Shown: positions 40,443 through 50,708 of the stretch, in pieces
How the letters are laid out: each line of letters starts with the position of its first letter
How positions within the stretch are numbered: position 1 is the first letter of the stretch
Source of the DNA: an uncultured Gemmatimonadales bacterium
GTDB taxonomy: Bacteria > Gemmatimonadota > Gemmatimonadetes > Longimicrobiales > Gaopeijiaceae
DNA length: 64,000 bases
Assembly (NCBI GenBank): GCA_963809895.1
Contig: CAWELD010000010.1
Location: forward strand, 1-64,000
Direction: 5' to 3'
Notes under the pieces: model-generated
Told to the model about the DNA's origin: nothing
The model's input: the letters and a program-made list of their open reading frames with translations, nothing else
The model's database searches: none
Made by a program: the position numbers and the translations under genes

Positions 40443-43400
40443 GTGAGCACGTTCGCACGCCGCCGGCCCGCCCGCTTCGCCGCCGCCCTCGCCATCACGC
40501 TCCTGGGCCTGCCCGCCCTCACGCCGCTTCCAGCCCACGCCCAGGTCGACTCGACGCTCTTCCAGTCCATGCGCTACCGGAACATCGGACCGTTCCGGGG
40601 CGGGCGCGTGACCACGGTGACGGGCGTGCGGGGCGAGCCCTTCACCTTCTACATGGGCGCCACCGGCGGCGGCGTGTGGAAGACCACCGATGCGGGCACG
40701 AGCTGGCACAACCTCTCCGACGGGTACTTCACCACCACGGGCATCGGTGACATCCGGGTCGCGCCCTCGGACCACAACGTGATCTACGTGGGCACGGGCG
40801 AATCGCCGGTACGCGGGGTCAAGACCTCGCACGGCGACGGGGTCTACAAGTCCACCGACGCCGGCGAGACCTGGACGCACCTGGGGCTGGAAGCCACGCG
40901 CCACATCGCCAAGATCCAGGTGGATCCGCGGGATCCGGACCGGGTGTGGTTGGCGGCCCTCGGGAATCCCTGGGGACCCAACGAGGAACGGGGCATCTAC
41001 CGCTCCACCGACGGTGGCGCCACCTGGGACAAGATCCTGTTCGTCAACGACTCGTCGGGCTTCGTGGATCTGAGCATGGACGCCCACAATCCCGACCACA
41101 TGATGGCCACCTCGTGGGAGTTCCGGCGCTTTCCCTGGGCCGTGAAGAGCGGCGGGCCGGGGAGCCGCGTGTGGAAGACCACCGACGGGGGGGATCACTG
41201 GCGCGAGATCAGCGCGGGGCTGCCGGCGCTCAAGGGCAAGATGGGCGTGGCCATCTCGCCGGCGGATCCGGACGTGGTCTACCTGGCGGTGGAGGCCAGG
41301 GACACGCTGGGCGGCGTGTACCGCTCCGACGATGCCGGCGAGACGTTCCGGCAGGTGAGCAACGATCCCACGACCTTCGCCCGGGCGTGGTACTACATGC
41401 AGATCATCGCCGACCCACAGGACGCCGATCAGGTCTGGGTCATGAACAGCGGGCCCATGAAGTCCATCGACGGAGGCCGCACCTACCGGCGCATGCCCGA
41501 CGCCCACGTGGATCACCACGCGCTGTGGATCAATCCCGACGATACGGACATCATGATCGACGGCGACGACGGGGGCGCCACGGTCACGCTCAACGGCGGC
41601 CAGACCTGGTCCACGCAGCTCAACCAGTCCACCGCCCAGATGTACCGGGTCGAGACCGACAACGGATATCCCTACAAGGTTTATTCGGGCCAGCAGGACG
41701 CCAGCGGAATCGTCATCGCCAGCCAGACGCTGGGCGACGGCATCGGTGAGCACGACTGGCAGACCATCCGCTCCGGCGAGTCGGCCACGGTGGCGCTGGA
41801 TCCCGAGAACCCGCGCTACGTCTACACGACCTTCTTCGCCGGCTTCCTGGGCGAGTGGGACGCCGAGACGTGGAACTACCGCATGATCCGGCCCTACGCC
41901 GAGCGCGTGTCGGGCGAGCAGCCCAAGAACCTCAAGTACCGCGCCAACTGGAACGGGCCGGTGGAGGTCTCACCCCACGATCCCGACGTGATCTACTACG
42001 GATCCCAGTACCTGATGAAGTCCACGGACCGGGGCACGACCTGGGCGGTCATCAGCCCCGACCTGACCCGCGACGACGAGGCGCATCAGGGCAAGGGCGG
42101 CTATCCCATCTCCAACGAGCAGATCACCGCCGAGAGCTACAACGACGTCTTCAACATCGAGGAATCGCCGCTGCTGGAGGGCGTCATCTGGGTGGGCTCC
42201 GACGACGGCCTGGTGCACCTGACCCGCGACGGCGGCGACACCTGGACCGACGTCACGCCGCCGGAGCTTCCCGAGAGCATCATCAACGTCATCGAGCCCT
42301 CGCCGCATGATCCGGCCAAGGCCTACTTCGCCGCCGCCGGCTACAAGCTCAACGACTTCACGCCCTACATCTACAGGACCGAGGACTACGGCCAGACCTG
42401 GACGAAGATCGTCGAGGGAATCCCCGGAAACACCTTCGCGCGCTCGGTGCGCGAGGACCCGGATCGCGAAGGGCTCCTGTACGCCGGGACCGAGACCGGG
42501 CTCTTCGTCTCGTTCGACGACGGGGACATGTGGCAGCCGCTCCAGCTCGACCTGCCCGAGGTGCCCGTCACCGACATGCGCATCCGGCAGAAGGACCTGG
42601 TGGTGTCGACCCAGGGACGGGGGCTCTGGATCCTGGACGACCTGACGCCGCTGCATCAGATCGAGGACGCGGCGGCGGCCGCCGACCTGTGGCTCTACCG
42701 GCCCCGGGACACCTACCGCAACATCGGCGGCGGCTACTACGCCGAGGGCGGCCCCGGAGAGAATCCCCCCAGCGGCGTGCAGGTGAACTACGTGCTGAAG
42801 CAGGCCGTGCCCGCCGACACGCCCATGGCCATGGAGATCCTGGACGAGGCGGGCCAGGTGATCTTCGCCGAGCGCACCGACGATCCGACGCCCGACTGTG
42901 CCGATGCGCCCCGCCAGAAGCTGCTCAGGCGCACCGCCGGCGCGCACCGCTGGAGCTGGAACATGAACGTGGGCCGCTTTCCGTGCTTCGTGGAGATCAC
43001 CGCCACCTCGCGCGACCTGAGCGCGTACGCGGTGAAGCCCGGCCGCTATCAGGTGCGACTGACGGTGGGGGACGCCTCGCAGACGCAGGACTTCCGCATC
43101 CTCGTCGATCCGCGCCTGGACGGCATCGTGGCCGATCCGGTGGCCGAGTACGCGGAGCTGGACCGGCTGTCGAAGTCGCTCTACGACGCGGCCACGCAGA
43201 TGGCCGACGGCGTGAGCGATCTCCGCCAGGTGAAGGATCAGCTCGACGTCATCCTGGAGTTGTCGTCGGCCAGCGAGGTGCAGTCGGGCGGCGCCGAGCT
43301 GAACGGGACCCTGAACGCCTGGATCGCCGACATCCTCCAGAAGGATTTGAAGACGGGCCAGCACGCGTATCAGTTCGAGGCGCGCCTCATGATGAAGTAC

Positions 43401-43601
43401 AAGGACCTGCTGGGGCGCATGAGCGGCGCCAACATCCCCGTGACCCAGGGCGTGCGCGATGTCACCGGCGATTATCTGAGCGAGTGGACCGACCTACAGG
43501 AGCAGCTCCAGCTCATCAAGAGTCGTGACATTCCCGCCTTCAACCGGGTGCTGGAAGAGGCGGGACTGCCGCTCATCTATCTTCCGCGGCCCATCAGTTG
43601 A
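40443..43601 (+). CDS. VPS10/sortilin-like BNR-repeat glycosyl hydrolase
   Basis: Signal peptide; RNIGPFRGGR; many S.DGG.TW Asp-boxes; coiled-coil tail. Confidence 0.92.
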   Translation: MSTFARRRPARFAAALAITLLGLPALTPLPAHAQVDSTLFQSMRYRNIGPFRGGRVTTVTGVRGEPFTFYMGATGGGVWKTTDAGTSWHNLSDGYFTTTGIGDIRVAPSDHNVIYVGTGESPVRGVKTSHGDGVYKSTDAGETWTHLGLEATRHIAKIQVDPRDPDRVWLAALGNPWGPNEERGIYRSTDGGATWDKILFVNDSSGFVDLSMDAHNPDHMMATSWEFRRFPWAVKSGGPGSRVWKTTDGGDHWREISAGLPALKGKMGVAISPADPDVVYLAVEARDTLGGVYRSDDAGETFRQVSNDPTTFARAWYYMQIIADPQDADQVWVMNSGPMKSIDGGRTYRRMPDAHVDHHALWINPDDTDIMIDGDDGGATVTLNGGQTWSTQLNQSTAQMYRVETDNGYPYKVYSGQQDASGIVIASQTLGDGIGEHDWQTIRSGESATVALDPENPRYVYTTFFAGFLGEWDAETWNYRMIRPYAERVSGEQPKNLKYRANWNGPVEVSPHDPDVIYYGSQYLMKSTDRGTTWAVISPDLTRDDEAHQGKGGYPISNEQITAESYNDVFNIEESPLLEGVIWVGSDDGLVHLTRDGGDTWTDVTPPELPESIINVIEPSPHDPAKAYFAAAGYKLNDFTPYIYRTEDYGQTWTKIVEGIPGNTFARSVREDPDREGLLYAGTETGLFVSFDDGDMWQPLQLDLPEVPVTDMRIRQKDLVVSTQGRGLWILDDLTPLHQIEDAAAAADLWLYRPRDTYRNIGGGYYAEGGPGENPPSGVQVNYVLKQAVPADTPMAMEILDEAGQVIFAERTDDPTPDCADAPRQKLLRRTAGAHRWSWNMNVGRFPCFVEITATSRDLSAYAVKPGRYQVRLTVGDASQTQDFRILVDPRLDGIVADPVAEYAELDRLSKSLYDAATQMADGVSDLRQVKDQLDVILELSSASEVQSGGAELNGTLNAWIADILQKDLKTGQHAYQFEARLMMKYKDLLGRMSGANIPVTQGVRDVTGDYLSEWTDLQEQLQLIKSRDIPAFNRVLEEAGLPLIYLPRPIS

Positions 43602-43643
43602 AGGGGGGGATGGCGGGCGCAGGCCGAACGCGGACGCGCGCGC

Positions 43644-46339
43644 TCACCGCCGGAGCTGCGGCTTCACCTCCTGGAGCCAGTTCTCCGCGACGATCAGCGT
43701 GCGGGGGCCCGCGTCCGTGTCGACGGCCCGGATCATGATGAAGCGGCCGTCGGCTGCGACGTCCCAGGGCGTGTAGTAGTCGGCCGAGAGCACGTCGATC
43801 CGGGTCGCCTGGGCCAGCTTGAACAGCGCCGTGGTCTCGCCCACCTCCGGTGTGCCGTCCTCGGCGACCGGCACGGCCATCATGGTCTTGTCGCCCCGCA
43901 GGTAGTAGAGCTCGCGCCCGTCGCGCGCCCACAGGGGCCCGGTCCCTCCGGCGCTCGACACCTGCACCTTGCCGGCACCCACGTCGGGGAAGGGGCGCAC
44001 GAAGACTTCCAGTCGGCCGGTTTCGTTCGACTGGTACGCCAGCGAGCGCCCGTCGGGCGACAGGGCGATGGCCATCTCGTCGTACGGTTGTGCCAGGAGC
44101 GGCTGCGGCACGCTGTCTTCGCCGACGTGGAGCGCGTAGACGTCGCGCCCTCCCATGGCCGCCGATGCGGCGCCCCGGCGCAACAGGATCCACTGGCCGT
44201 CGGGAGAGAGAAGGCCCTCGTCGGCTTTGCCCTTCCACAGGATGGAATCGGTGCCGGTGCCGTCGGCCCGCCGCATGGCGAAGGTGGTGTCGGTCAGGAA
44301 CGTCACCCAGCGCCCATCGGGCGTCCATCTCGGCCTTCGGTCCGGACTGGCGCCGTGGGTGAGCAGCGATGCGGGACCACGGGGGAGCGATTTGATCCAG
44401 ACGTCGTCTCCCGACGGCGTGTTGAGGCCGATGGCGAGCCGGTCGCCGCCGGGCGACAGGGCCCATCCGTAGTCACCGGCGAACTGGGTCACCCGGAAGG
44501 TGAAGGCCGAATCCACCCGTTCCGGACGGCCGGTGCGGTCGACCCAGATCAGCTCCTGTATGGTGGTCACGTCCAGGCCACCGGACCCGATCACGAGCGT
44601 GCCGGACGCCGACAACGCGACGGTCGGCTGTCCCGCCGGGGCCTGGACCTGATACGGGAGCGGGAGGGGCTCTCCCCGCATTTCGAGCTCATCGGGATCG
44701 AAGGACGCCGCGAACACGTCGTGACTGGTCCGCACGAAGACCAGGACCCCATCCGCGTAGAATCCTGCAACCGCGCCCTCCGCCACTGCCCGCGCTTCGC
44801 CGCTTCGGGGATCCAGCGCCATGAGGGTGCCGCTGTGGCAGGGCGGCGGGCACGCCATGAACAGCGCACGGCCTCCCGGCAGCGGGGTCAGGTTCTGGGC
44901 GAAGAGTGAATCGGAAGCCCACGCGGACGTCGCATCTCCTCCACCCGCCGGCAGGGCCAGGATCTCGACGCCGCGGCTCTGGTCTCCCGCGTACCGCGCG
45001 GTCACGAAGACGATGGTCCCGTCGTCCAGCCAGGCCAGGCTGCCCAGGGCTCCCGAGGCCCCGGTCGCCAGCTCCGTGGAGGCCGAGCCGTCCATGCCCA
45101 GCTTGCGGAGCGTCCCGTCCTGAATCACGGCCAGCGAGCCGCCATCGGGCGAGACCGCCATGGAGGTGACGCTCGCGCGTGCCCGGCAGCGGGTCCGGCT
45201 CGAGCTGGTCGCGGCGCTTCACCCACAGCTCCCAATCCTCCGAATCTGCCGTCAGCTCGGGATAGATGATGCGGTGATCCGTCTGGGCTCAGGGTGGCGA
45301 AGGCGCCCCCGAGGATCGATGCCTCGCCGCTGGCGAGGTCGAGTCGGTAGCGGGTGACGGGGAGCGGCGGGGCGGGGCGGGTCAGGGCCCAGACCGCGAC
45401 GCCGGTGGCGACCACGGCGACTGTCGCCAGCGCCGCCATCCCCAGAGAACGCCGCCGCCGGGCTTCCGGCGTGGCCGCGAAGCCGGCCACCGCCGAGGCG
45501 CCGAAGGAGGGATCGCTCAACGCCTCGGCGAACGCCCTGGAGCTCTCGAAGCGGTCGGCGGGGAGCTTCTCCAGCGCCTTGTCGAGGGCCGCCGCCACGT
45601 TGGGCGGGGCCGTGTGCCGCAGCTCGGTCACCGGCCTCGGTCGGTCGGCGATGATCTTCATGATCACCTGCTGCGCCGAGTTGGCCGTGTGGGGCGGCTC
45701 GCCGGCGAGCATCTCGTACAGCACGCTGGCCAGAGAGTACTGGTCCGCGCGGCCGGTGATCTCCTTGTCGGCCGTGGCCTGCTCGGGTGCCATGTAGTGC
45801 GGCGTGCCGATGCTGGTGCCCGTCTCCGTCATGCGGCCACCGGCCGCCGCGCTCACCGCCAGGGCGATGCCGAAGTCGGCCACCATGGGGCGGCCGTCGT
45901 GCAGCAGGATGTTCTCGGGCTTGATGTCCCGGTGGATGACGCCGTTGCGGTGCGCGTAGTCCAGCGCGTCAGCGACCTCGCGCGTGATGCGGATGGACTC
46001 CTCGACGCCGAGCTGCGTCTCGCGGTCGAGCTTCTGGCGGAGCGTCTCGCCCTCGATGTAGGGCATGACGTAGAAGAGGAAGCCGTCGGCCGAGCCCGAA
46101 TCGAAGAGCGGGAGGATGTGCGGGTGCTGGAGCTGGGCCGTGGTGGTGATCTCCTGCACGAAGCGCTCGGCGCCGAGCACCGCCGCGAGCTCCGGCTTGA
46201 GCACCTTGATCGCCACCTGGCGGTGGTGCTTGATGTCCTCGGCGAGATAGACCGTGGCCATGCCGCCGGCCCCGATCTGGCGCACGATGCGGTAGCGATC
46301 CGCCAGGGCGGCGGAGAGTCGCTCCGTGGTATTGGCCAT
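43644..46339 (-). CDS. Ser/Thr protein kinase with TM helix and TolB-like propeller; frameshifts ~45270 and ~45165
   Basis: IGAGGMATVY, VAIKVL, HRDIKPEN, DFG, GTPHYMAPEQ; repeated SPDG motifs downstream. Confidence 0.9.
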
Positions 46340-46436
46340 GGGCTGCGTGGACACCGTGAGAGGGGGGGCGCGTCCAGCCGGTCAAGGGACAGGTATGCGC
46401 GTCTGGACGCGACAAATCAAGCGGACGCCTCCCCGC

Positions 46437-46742
46437 TCAGTCCGGGATCGCCGCCAGGATCTCCCGCATGGTCGACTTGTAGTCGCGCAGTGCGCGCAGC
46501 CCCTCTGTGGTGAGCGCGTACGCCGTGCGGAGGCGGCCGTCCACCTCCCGCTTCGAGGCCTCCACCAGGCCTGCGGATTCCAGGCGCTTCATCTGCACCG
46601 ACAGGTTACCCCGGGTGAGGCCCGTCTGGCGCAGCAGGTACATGAAGTCCGCGGCATCCACCATGGCCAGGAAGACGAGCACGCGGAGTCGGGCGGGCTC
46701 ATGCAGAAAGCCGTCTACCTCCGGGACCACCGAGGTCGCCAT
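46437..46742 (-). CDS. Winged-helix transcriptional regulator (HTH_34/ArsR-like)
   Basis: LHEPARLRVL...DFMYL...LTRGNLSVQMKRLESAGLV. Confidence 0.88.
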   Translation of the reverse strand: MATSVVPEVDGFLHEPARLRVLVFLAMVDAADFMYLLRQTGLTRGNLSVQMKRLESAGLVEASKREVDGRLRTAYALTTEGLRALRDYKSTMREILAAIPD

Positions 46743-46745
46743 CGC

Positions 46746-47354
46746 CTACCCCACCTCCTCGAAGCGCCGGCTCTCCACCAGGAAGCGACCGAGCAGCACG
46801 GCGCCCGTGCACCACACCACGAAGCCTCCGGCCACAGGGGAAGCGCGGGACCGTCGTGGATGGCGAGGGTCCCGACGCCGGCCGCGGCGAGCACGCCGGC
46901 GTAGACCAGGAACCTCGGCGCGCGCGTCAGGGCTGCCGTGACCAGGGCGGCCAGCGCGACGAGCAGGGCCGGGAAGCGCCGCCACGGAATCGGCGAGGCC
47001 CGCCGTGCCGCCGCGTAACCCGAACGCCACTGCGGCCACCAACAGCAGGAGCCCGATGCCCAGCCCGGCCGTGCCAGTGAGCTCGCGGGTCGAGCGCTCG
47101 CGCCGCCGGCGCGAGAACTCCACGTATCCCATGCGGGGCTCCACGACCCACTTTCGCAGTGCCATCCACGTAACGAGGGCCATGGGCACCACGATGGCCT
47201 CCACGGGGAATCCGCCCAGGGGGAGTCCGTCGAGCAGATATCCCGCACCGATCAGGATGACCGCCGCACCGGCCACCAGGTCGAGGGTGCCATCGGCCCA
47301 GAATGCGCCGAAGAGTCGGGTTTCGGGGGATGTGCGCACGGGAGCCTCCTGCAT
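46746..47354 (-). CDS. Membrane protein (two compensating frameshifts, ~46980 and ~46840)
   Basis: Hydrophobic helices; FWADGTLDL...EPRMGYVEF; TM segments continue in an alternate frame. Confidence 0.7.
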   Translation of the reverse strand: MQEAPVRTSPETRLFGAFWADGTLDLVAGAAVILIGAGYLLDGLPLGGFPVEAIVVPMALVTWMALRKWVVEPRMGYVEFSRRRRERSTRELTGTAGLGIGLLLLVAAVAFGLRGGTAGLADSVAALPGPARRAGRPGHGSPDARAEVPGLRRRARRGRRRDPRHPRRSRASPVAGGFVVWCTGAVLLGRFLVESRRFEEVG

Positions 47355-47358
47355 CTAT

Positions 47359-47393
47359 GGTTCATGACGTGAACTAAGTTTATGTCATAAACT
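47359..47393. promoter_or_regulatory. Tandem 17-bp palindromic operators (GGTTCATGACGTGAACT, AGTTTATGTCATAAACT)
   Basis: The second site is a perfect 8-1-8 palindrome; both abut the start codon of the membrane protein/wHTH operon. Confidence 0.72.
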
Positions 47394-47438
47394 CACCGGA
47401 CGCAAGGCGTCTTCGCGGAGCATGACTCCTGCGGCTCC

Positions 47439-48860
47439 CTACTTCAGTTCCCGCGCCAGCGCCTTCTGCGCGGCCCACCATCCGCACATCCCATGCACGC
47501 CGACGCCGGGGGGCGTGGACGACGAGCACAGGTACACGCCGTCCATGGCCGTGCGATACGGATTCAGCGACAGCACGGGCCGGGCGAAGATCTGTCGGAA
47601 ATCCCCCGAGCCTCCGCCGATGTCGCCACCGATGAGGTTGGCGTTGCCGCGCTCCAGATCGGCGGGCGCCAGGGCGCTTCGGGACAGAATGCAGTCCTTG
47701 AAGCCGGGTGCGAATCGCTCGATCTGGGTCTCGATCCCGTCCTGCATGTTCTCGGTGGAGCCGTTGGGGACGTGGCAGTACGCCCACAGCGTGTGGCGGC
47801 CCGCCGGAGCGCGGGAGTCGTCGAAGAGCGACGGCTGGACGACGATGGCGTAGGGGCGATGGGCGACACGGCCTTCGCCCACCTCCGCCTCGGCGGCGGT
47901 GATCTCGTCCAGGGTGCCGCCGATGTGGACGGTGCCGGCCCGGCGGCACGCCTCGGCGGTCCAGGGCACGGGCTCCGTGAGCGCCCAATCCATCTTGAAG
48001 ACGCCCCAGCCGTAGCGGTAACCGTCCAACCTGCGGCGATAACCCGAAGGCATGCGGTCGCCGGCCATGGCGATGAGCTGCCTGGGCGTCACGTCGCACA
48101 GGACGGCGCGTGCCGGGGGGAGCGCGTCCAGGGATTCCACGGGATGATCGGTGACGATCTCGCCGCCGAGCTCCCGGAGATATGCGCCCATGGCTTCGCT
48201 CAAATTCTGGGAGCCTCCCCGGGCGACCGGCCATCCCACGGCGTGCGCCGACACCACGAGACCCAGCCCGTAGCCGGCGGTGGCCAGCGAATCCAGGGGG
48301 ACCATGGCGTGGGCGGCGGCGCCGGCCAGCAGCGCGCGTCCGGCCTCGCTGTCGAAGGTCGCGCGGGCGAGCCCACGGGCGGAGCGGATGCCCCGGAGCC
48401 CGAAGCGCGCCATGAGCAGGGGATGGCGGGGGCCCGGGGGGCCGAGCAGCGCCTCCATGAGGTCCTCGGCCCGCTCCACGAAGGGACCCATGAGCTTCCG
48501 GTACGCGCGGCCGTCCTTGACCGGCAGGCCGGCGGCGGTCTCCTCGACGGAGCGATGGGCGACCGCCGCTTCGCCCCCGTCCAGCGGATGGGCGAACGGC
48601 AGTTCGGGATGCACGTACTCCAGCCCGAAATCCCCCAGGGGCAGATCGCTGAGAAACGGCGAGGCCAGCACCAGCGTGTGCACCGCCGAGCAGACGTCGT
48701 GCACGAAGCCGGGCTCGGTGAGCTCGGCGGAGCGAGTGGCGCCCCCGATGGTGGGCTGGGCCTCGTAGACCCGCACGGAGCGGCCGGCCCGGGCCAGGGT
48801 CAGGGCCGCGGACAGCCCGTTGGGGCCGGCGCCGACGACGATGGCGTCGGGCGTCGTCAC
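47439..48860 (-). CDS. Phytoene desaturase-family NAD(P)/FAD-dependent oxidoreductase
   Basis: AIVVGAGPNGL, HDVCSAVH, YLCSSSTPPGVGVHGMCG; GTG start overlaps the upstream stop. Confidence 0.9.
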   Translation of the reverse strand: MTTPDAIVVGAGPNGLSAALTLARAGRSVRVYEAQPTIGGATRSAELTEPGFVHDVCSAVHTLVLASPFLSDLPLGDFGLEYVHPELPFAHPLDGGEAAVAHRSVEETAAGLPVKDGRAYRKLMGPFVERAEDLMEALLGPPGPRHPLLMARFGLRGIRSARGLARATFDSEAGRALLAGAAAHAMVPLDSLATAGYGLGLVVSAHAVGWPVARGGSQNLSEAMGAYLRELGGEIVTDHPVESLDALPPARAVLCDVTPRQLIAMAGDRMPSGYRRRLDGYRYGWGVFKMDWALTEPVPWTAEACRRAGTVHIGGTLDEITAAEAEVGEGRVAHRPYAIVVQPSLFDDSRAPAGRHTLWAYCHVPNGSTENMQDGIETQIERFAPGFKDCILSRSALAPADLERGNANLIGGDIGGGSGDFRQIFARPVLSLNPYRTAMDGVYLCSSSTPPGVGVHGMCGWWAAQKALARELK

Positions 48861-50011
48861 CCCAGCGCTGCCAGCACGCGCTCGGCCACGGCCTTGCCCA
48901 CGGCGGAGCAGGGCGCGGCATGGGCCACGCCCACCATGTCGTAGGTCAGGGGCTCGCCCGCCTTCAGCAGGTCGATCACGGCGGCCTCGACGGCGTCGGC
49001 TCCCTTCTGGAGCTCCTCGTCGCCGGTCTGCGTGGCGAGCCACGCCAGGCCCTCGCGGGTGGCCAGGATCATGGCCAACGGATTCGCCTTGTCCTTGCCG
49101 GCGTGCTTGGGCGCGGAGCCGTGGATGGGTTCGAACATCCCGTGCTCGTCGCCGATGTTGGCGCCCACGGCCAATCCCATCCCCCCCTGCAGCACGCTGG
49201 CGAGATCGGTGACGATGTCGCCGAACATGTTGGTGGTGACGCCCACGTCGTACCACTCGGGCTTCTGGATCAGCCACTGGGTGAAGGCGTCGACGATGGC
49301 CGTATCCTTCTCGATGTCGGGATATTCCTCACCGATCTCGTGGAAGATGCGAACGAACATTCGGCAACCGTCGAGCACGTTGTCCTTGGCGATGCAGGTG
49401 ACGCGCTGAACCCCGTCGCCGGGCGCTCCGTGGCGGCGGCGGGCCAGCTCGAAGGCCCTCCGGATGACGCGCTCCGAGCCCTTGCGGGTGATGACCCGGC
49501 TGTCCACGGCGACCTCTTCCGAGCCACCCCGGGCGAGAATCCCCCCGACGCCGGCGTAGAGCCCCTCGGTGTTCTCACGCACCAGTACCATGTCGACCTT
49601 GTCGGCGTCCCACACGCGCGTCGGCTGCCCGTGGATCTTGTGGTTCACGCCCTCGTAGAGCTTCACCGGACGCACGTTGGCGTACAGGTCCAGGGCGGCG
49701 CGGGTGCCGATGACGGGACCCCATCCGGCCATCTTGCCGTTCGCCATGGTCACGGGCCGTCCGTTGCCCTCCGGGTCCGGCCAACCCACGGCGCCCAGGA
49801 GCACGAGATCCGCCGCGGCGACCTCCGCTTCGGCGCCCTCGGGCCAGTCCCGCGAGCCGTGCTTCAGGTAGAACTCGCCGCCACAGGGGATCTCCTCGAC
49901 GTCGAAGTCGATCCCGAGCGCCGACCCCACCGCTTCCAGCACCCGCCGGCCCTCGCGCGCGACCTCCACCCCGATCCCGTCGCCGGGCAGGACTACGACT
50001 CGATATGCCAT
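48857..50011 (-). CDS. Isocitrate/isopropylmalate dehydrogenase-family protein
   Basis: LPGDGIG.EV, LYANVRP, RENTEGLY, NMFGDIVTD, FEPIHGSAP. Confidence 0.92.
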   Translation of the reverse strand: MAYRVVVLPGDGIGVEVAREGRRVLEAVGSALGIDFDVEEIPCGGEFYLKHGSRDWPEGAEAEVAAADLVLLGAVGWPDPEGNGRPVTMANGKMAGWGPVIGTRAALDLYANVRPVKLYEGVNHKIHGQPTRVWDADKVDMVLVRENTEGLYAGVGGILARGGSEEVAVDSRVITRKGSERVIRRAFELARRRHGAPGDGVQRVTCIAKDNVLDGCRMFVRIFHEIGEEYPDIEKDTAIVDAFTQWLIQKPEWYDVGVTTNMFGDIVTDLASVLQGGMGLAVGANIGDEHGMFEPIHGSAPKHAGKDKANPLAMILATREGLAWLATQTGDEELQKGADAVEAAVIDLLKAGEPLTYDMVGVAHAAPCSAVGKAVAERVLAALG

Positions 50012-50283
50012 CTCTGCTCCATTGGTGTCCGTGGGCGTGCCGGCCAACGATAAGGCGGGCGGGCGGTGGTTGGTAGGTCGTGTGGGTGCGGGTGGCGGTC
50101 GTGGGGTGGGGTTTGGCGTGGGGATGGCGGGGTGGTGGGGCGAACGGTGGCGGTGTGGTCGCGGCGGGGTGGCGGGTGTGGCGTGGCGGCGGTGGCGGGT
50201 TGCCGGGCGGCGGCCGTGGTGGGCGGTGTGGCGCGTGCCGCGCGGGCGTGTGCCTGGCGGGCCGGGGCGGGCCTGCGCGAGAC

Positions 50284-50460
50284 ATGACGAAGGGACCGTG
50301 CGTGCGATGATCCGGGACGCGGGGGCAGATTCGGCGCGCAGGCGTGGTCGAACGGGTGCCTCCGCCGTCCACGACCTGGGCCCGCGGTAGGTTGGGCACC
50401 TCGAGCGTGCTCAAAGCCCTCGAGCGTGGGGAAACGGGCCGCGTTTGGTCCTTCGGCCAC
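50284..50460. repeat. ~177-bp palindromic element family B, copy 1
   Basis: Colinear with 52876-53053; imperfect terminal inverted repeats ATGACGAAGGGACC / GGTCCTTCGGCCAC. Confidence 0.75.
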
Positions 50461-50708
50461 TCATCGGCGGGCCTCTGCGGCGGCCGCGCGCCATGATCAC
50501 CGCGCTTTGGCGGCGCCACACTGGATATCACCGCGCTTCGGCGGCGCCATCCGCGAGACCACCGACACCCCTCCTGGCGCGCGTCCGCGGATCCCCGCGC
50601 CCGCCTGCACCCTCACGCACCGCGGCCGAAACCCCCTCCCGCCGCAGAGGACCCCCGCGCCGCCGCCATCGTGGTGCCCAACCCTCCGGTGCCTTATCCT
50701 CCGTCGCC

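Noticed and set aside
48857..50011. Assigning leuB or icd specifically
   Set aside because: The family motifs are clear, but substrate specificity cannot be determined by eye and there is no leu operon context.
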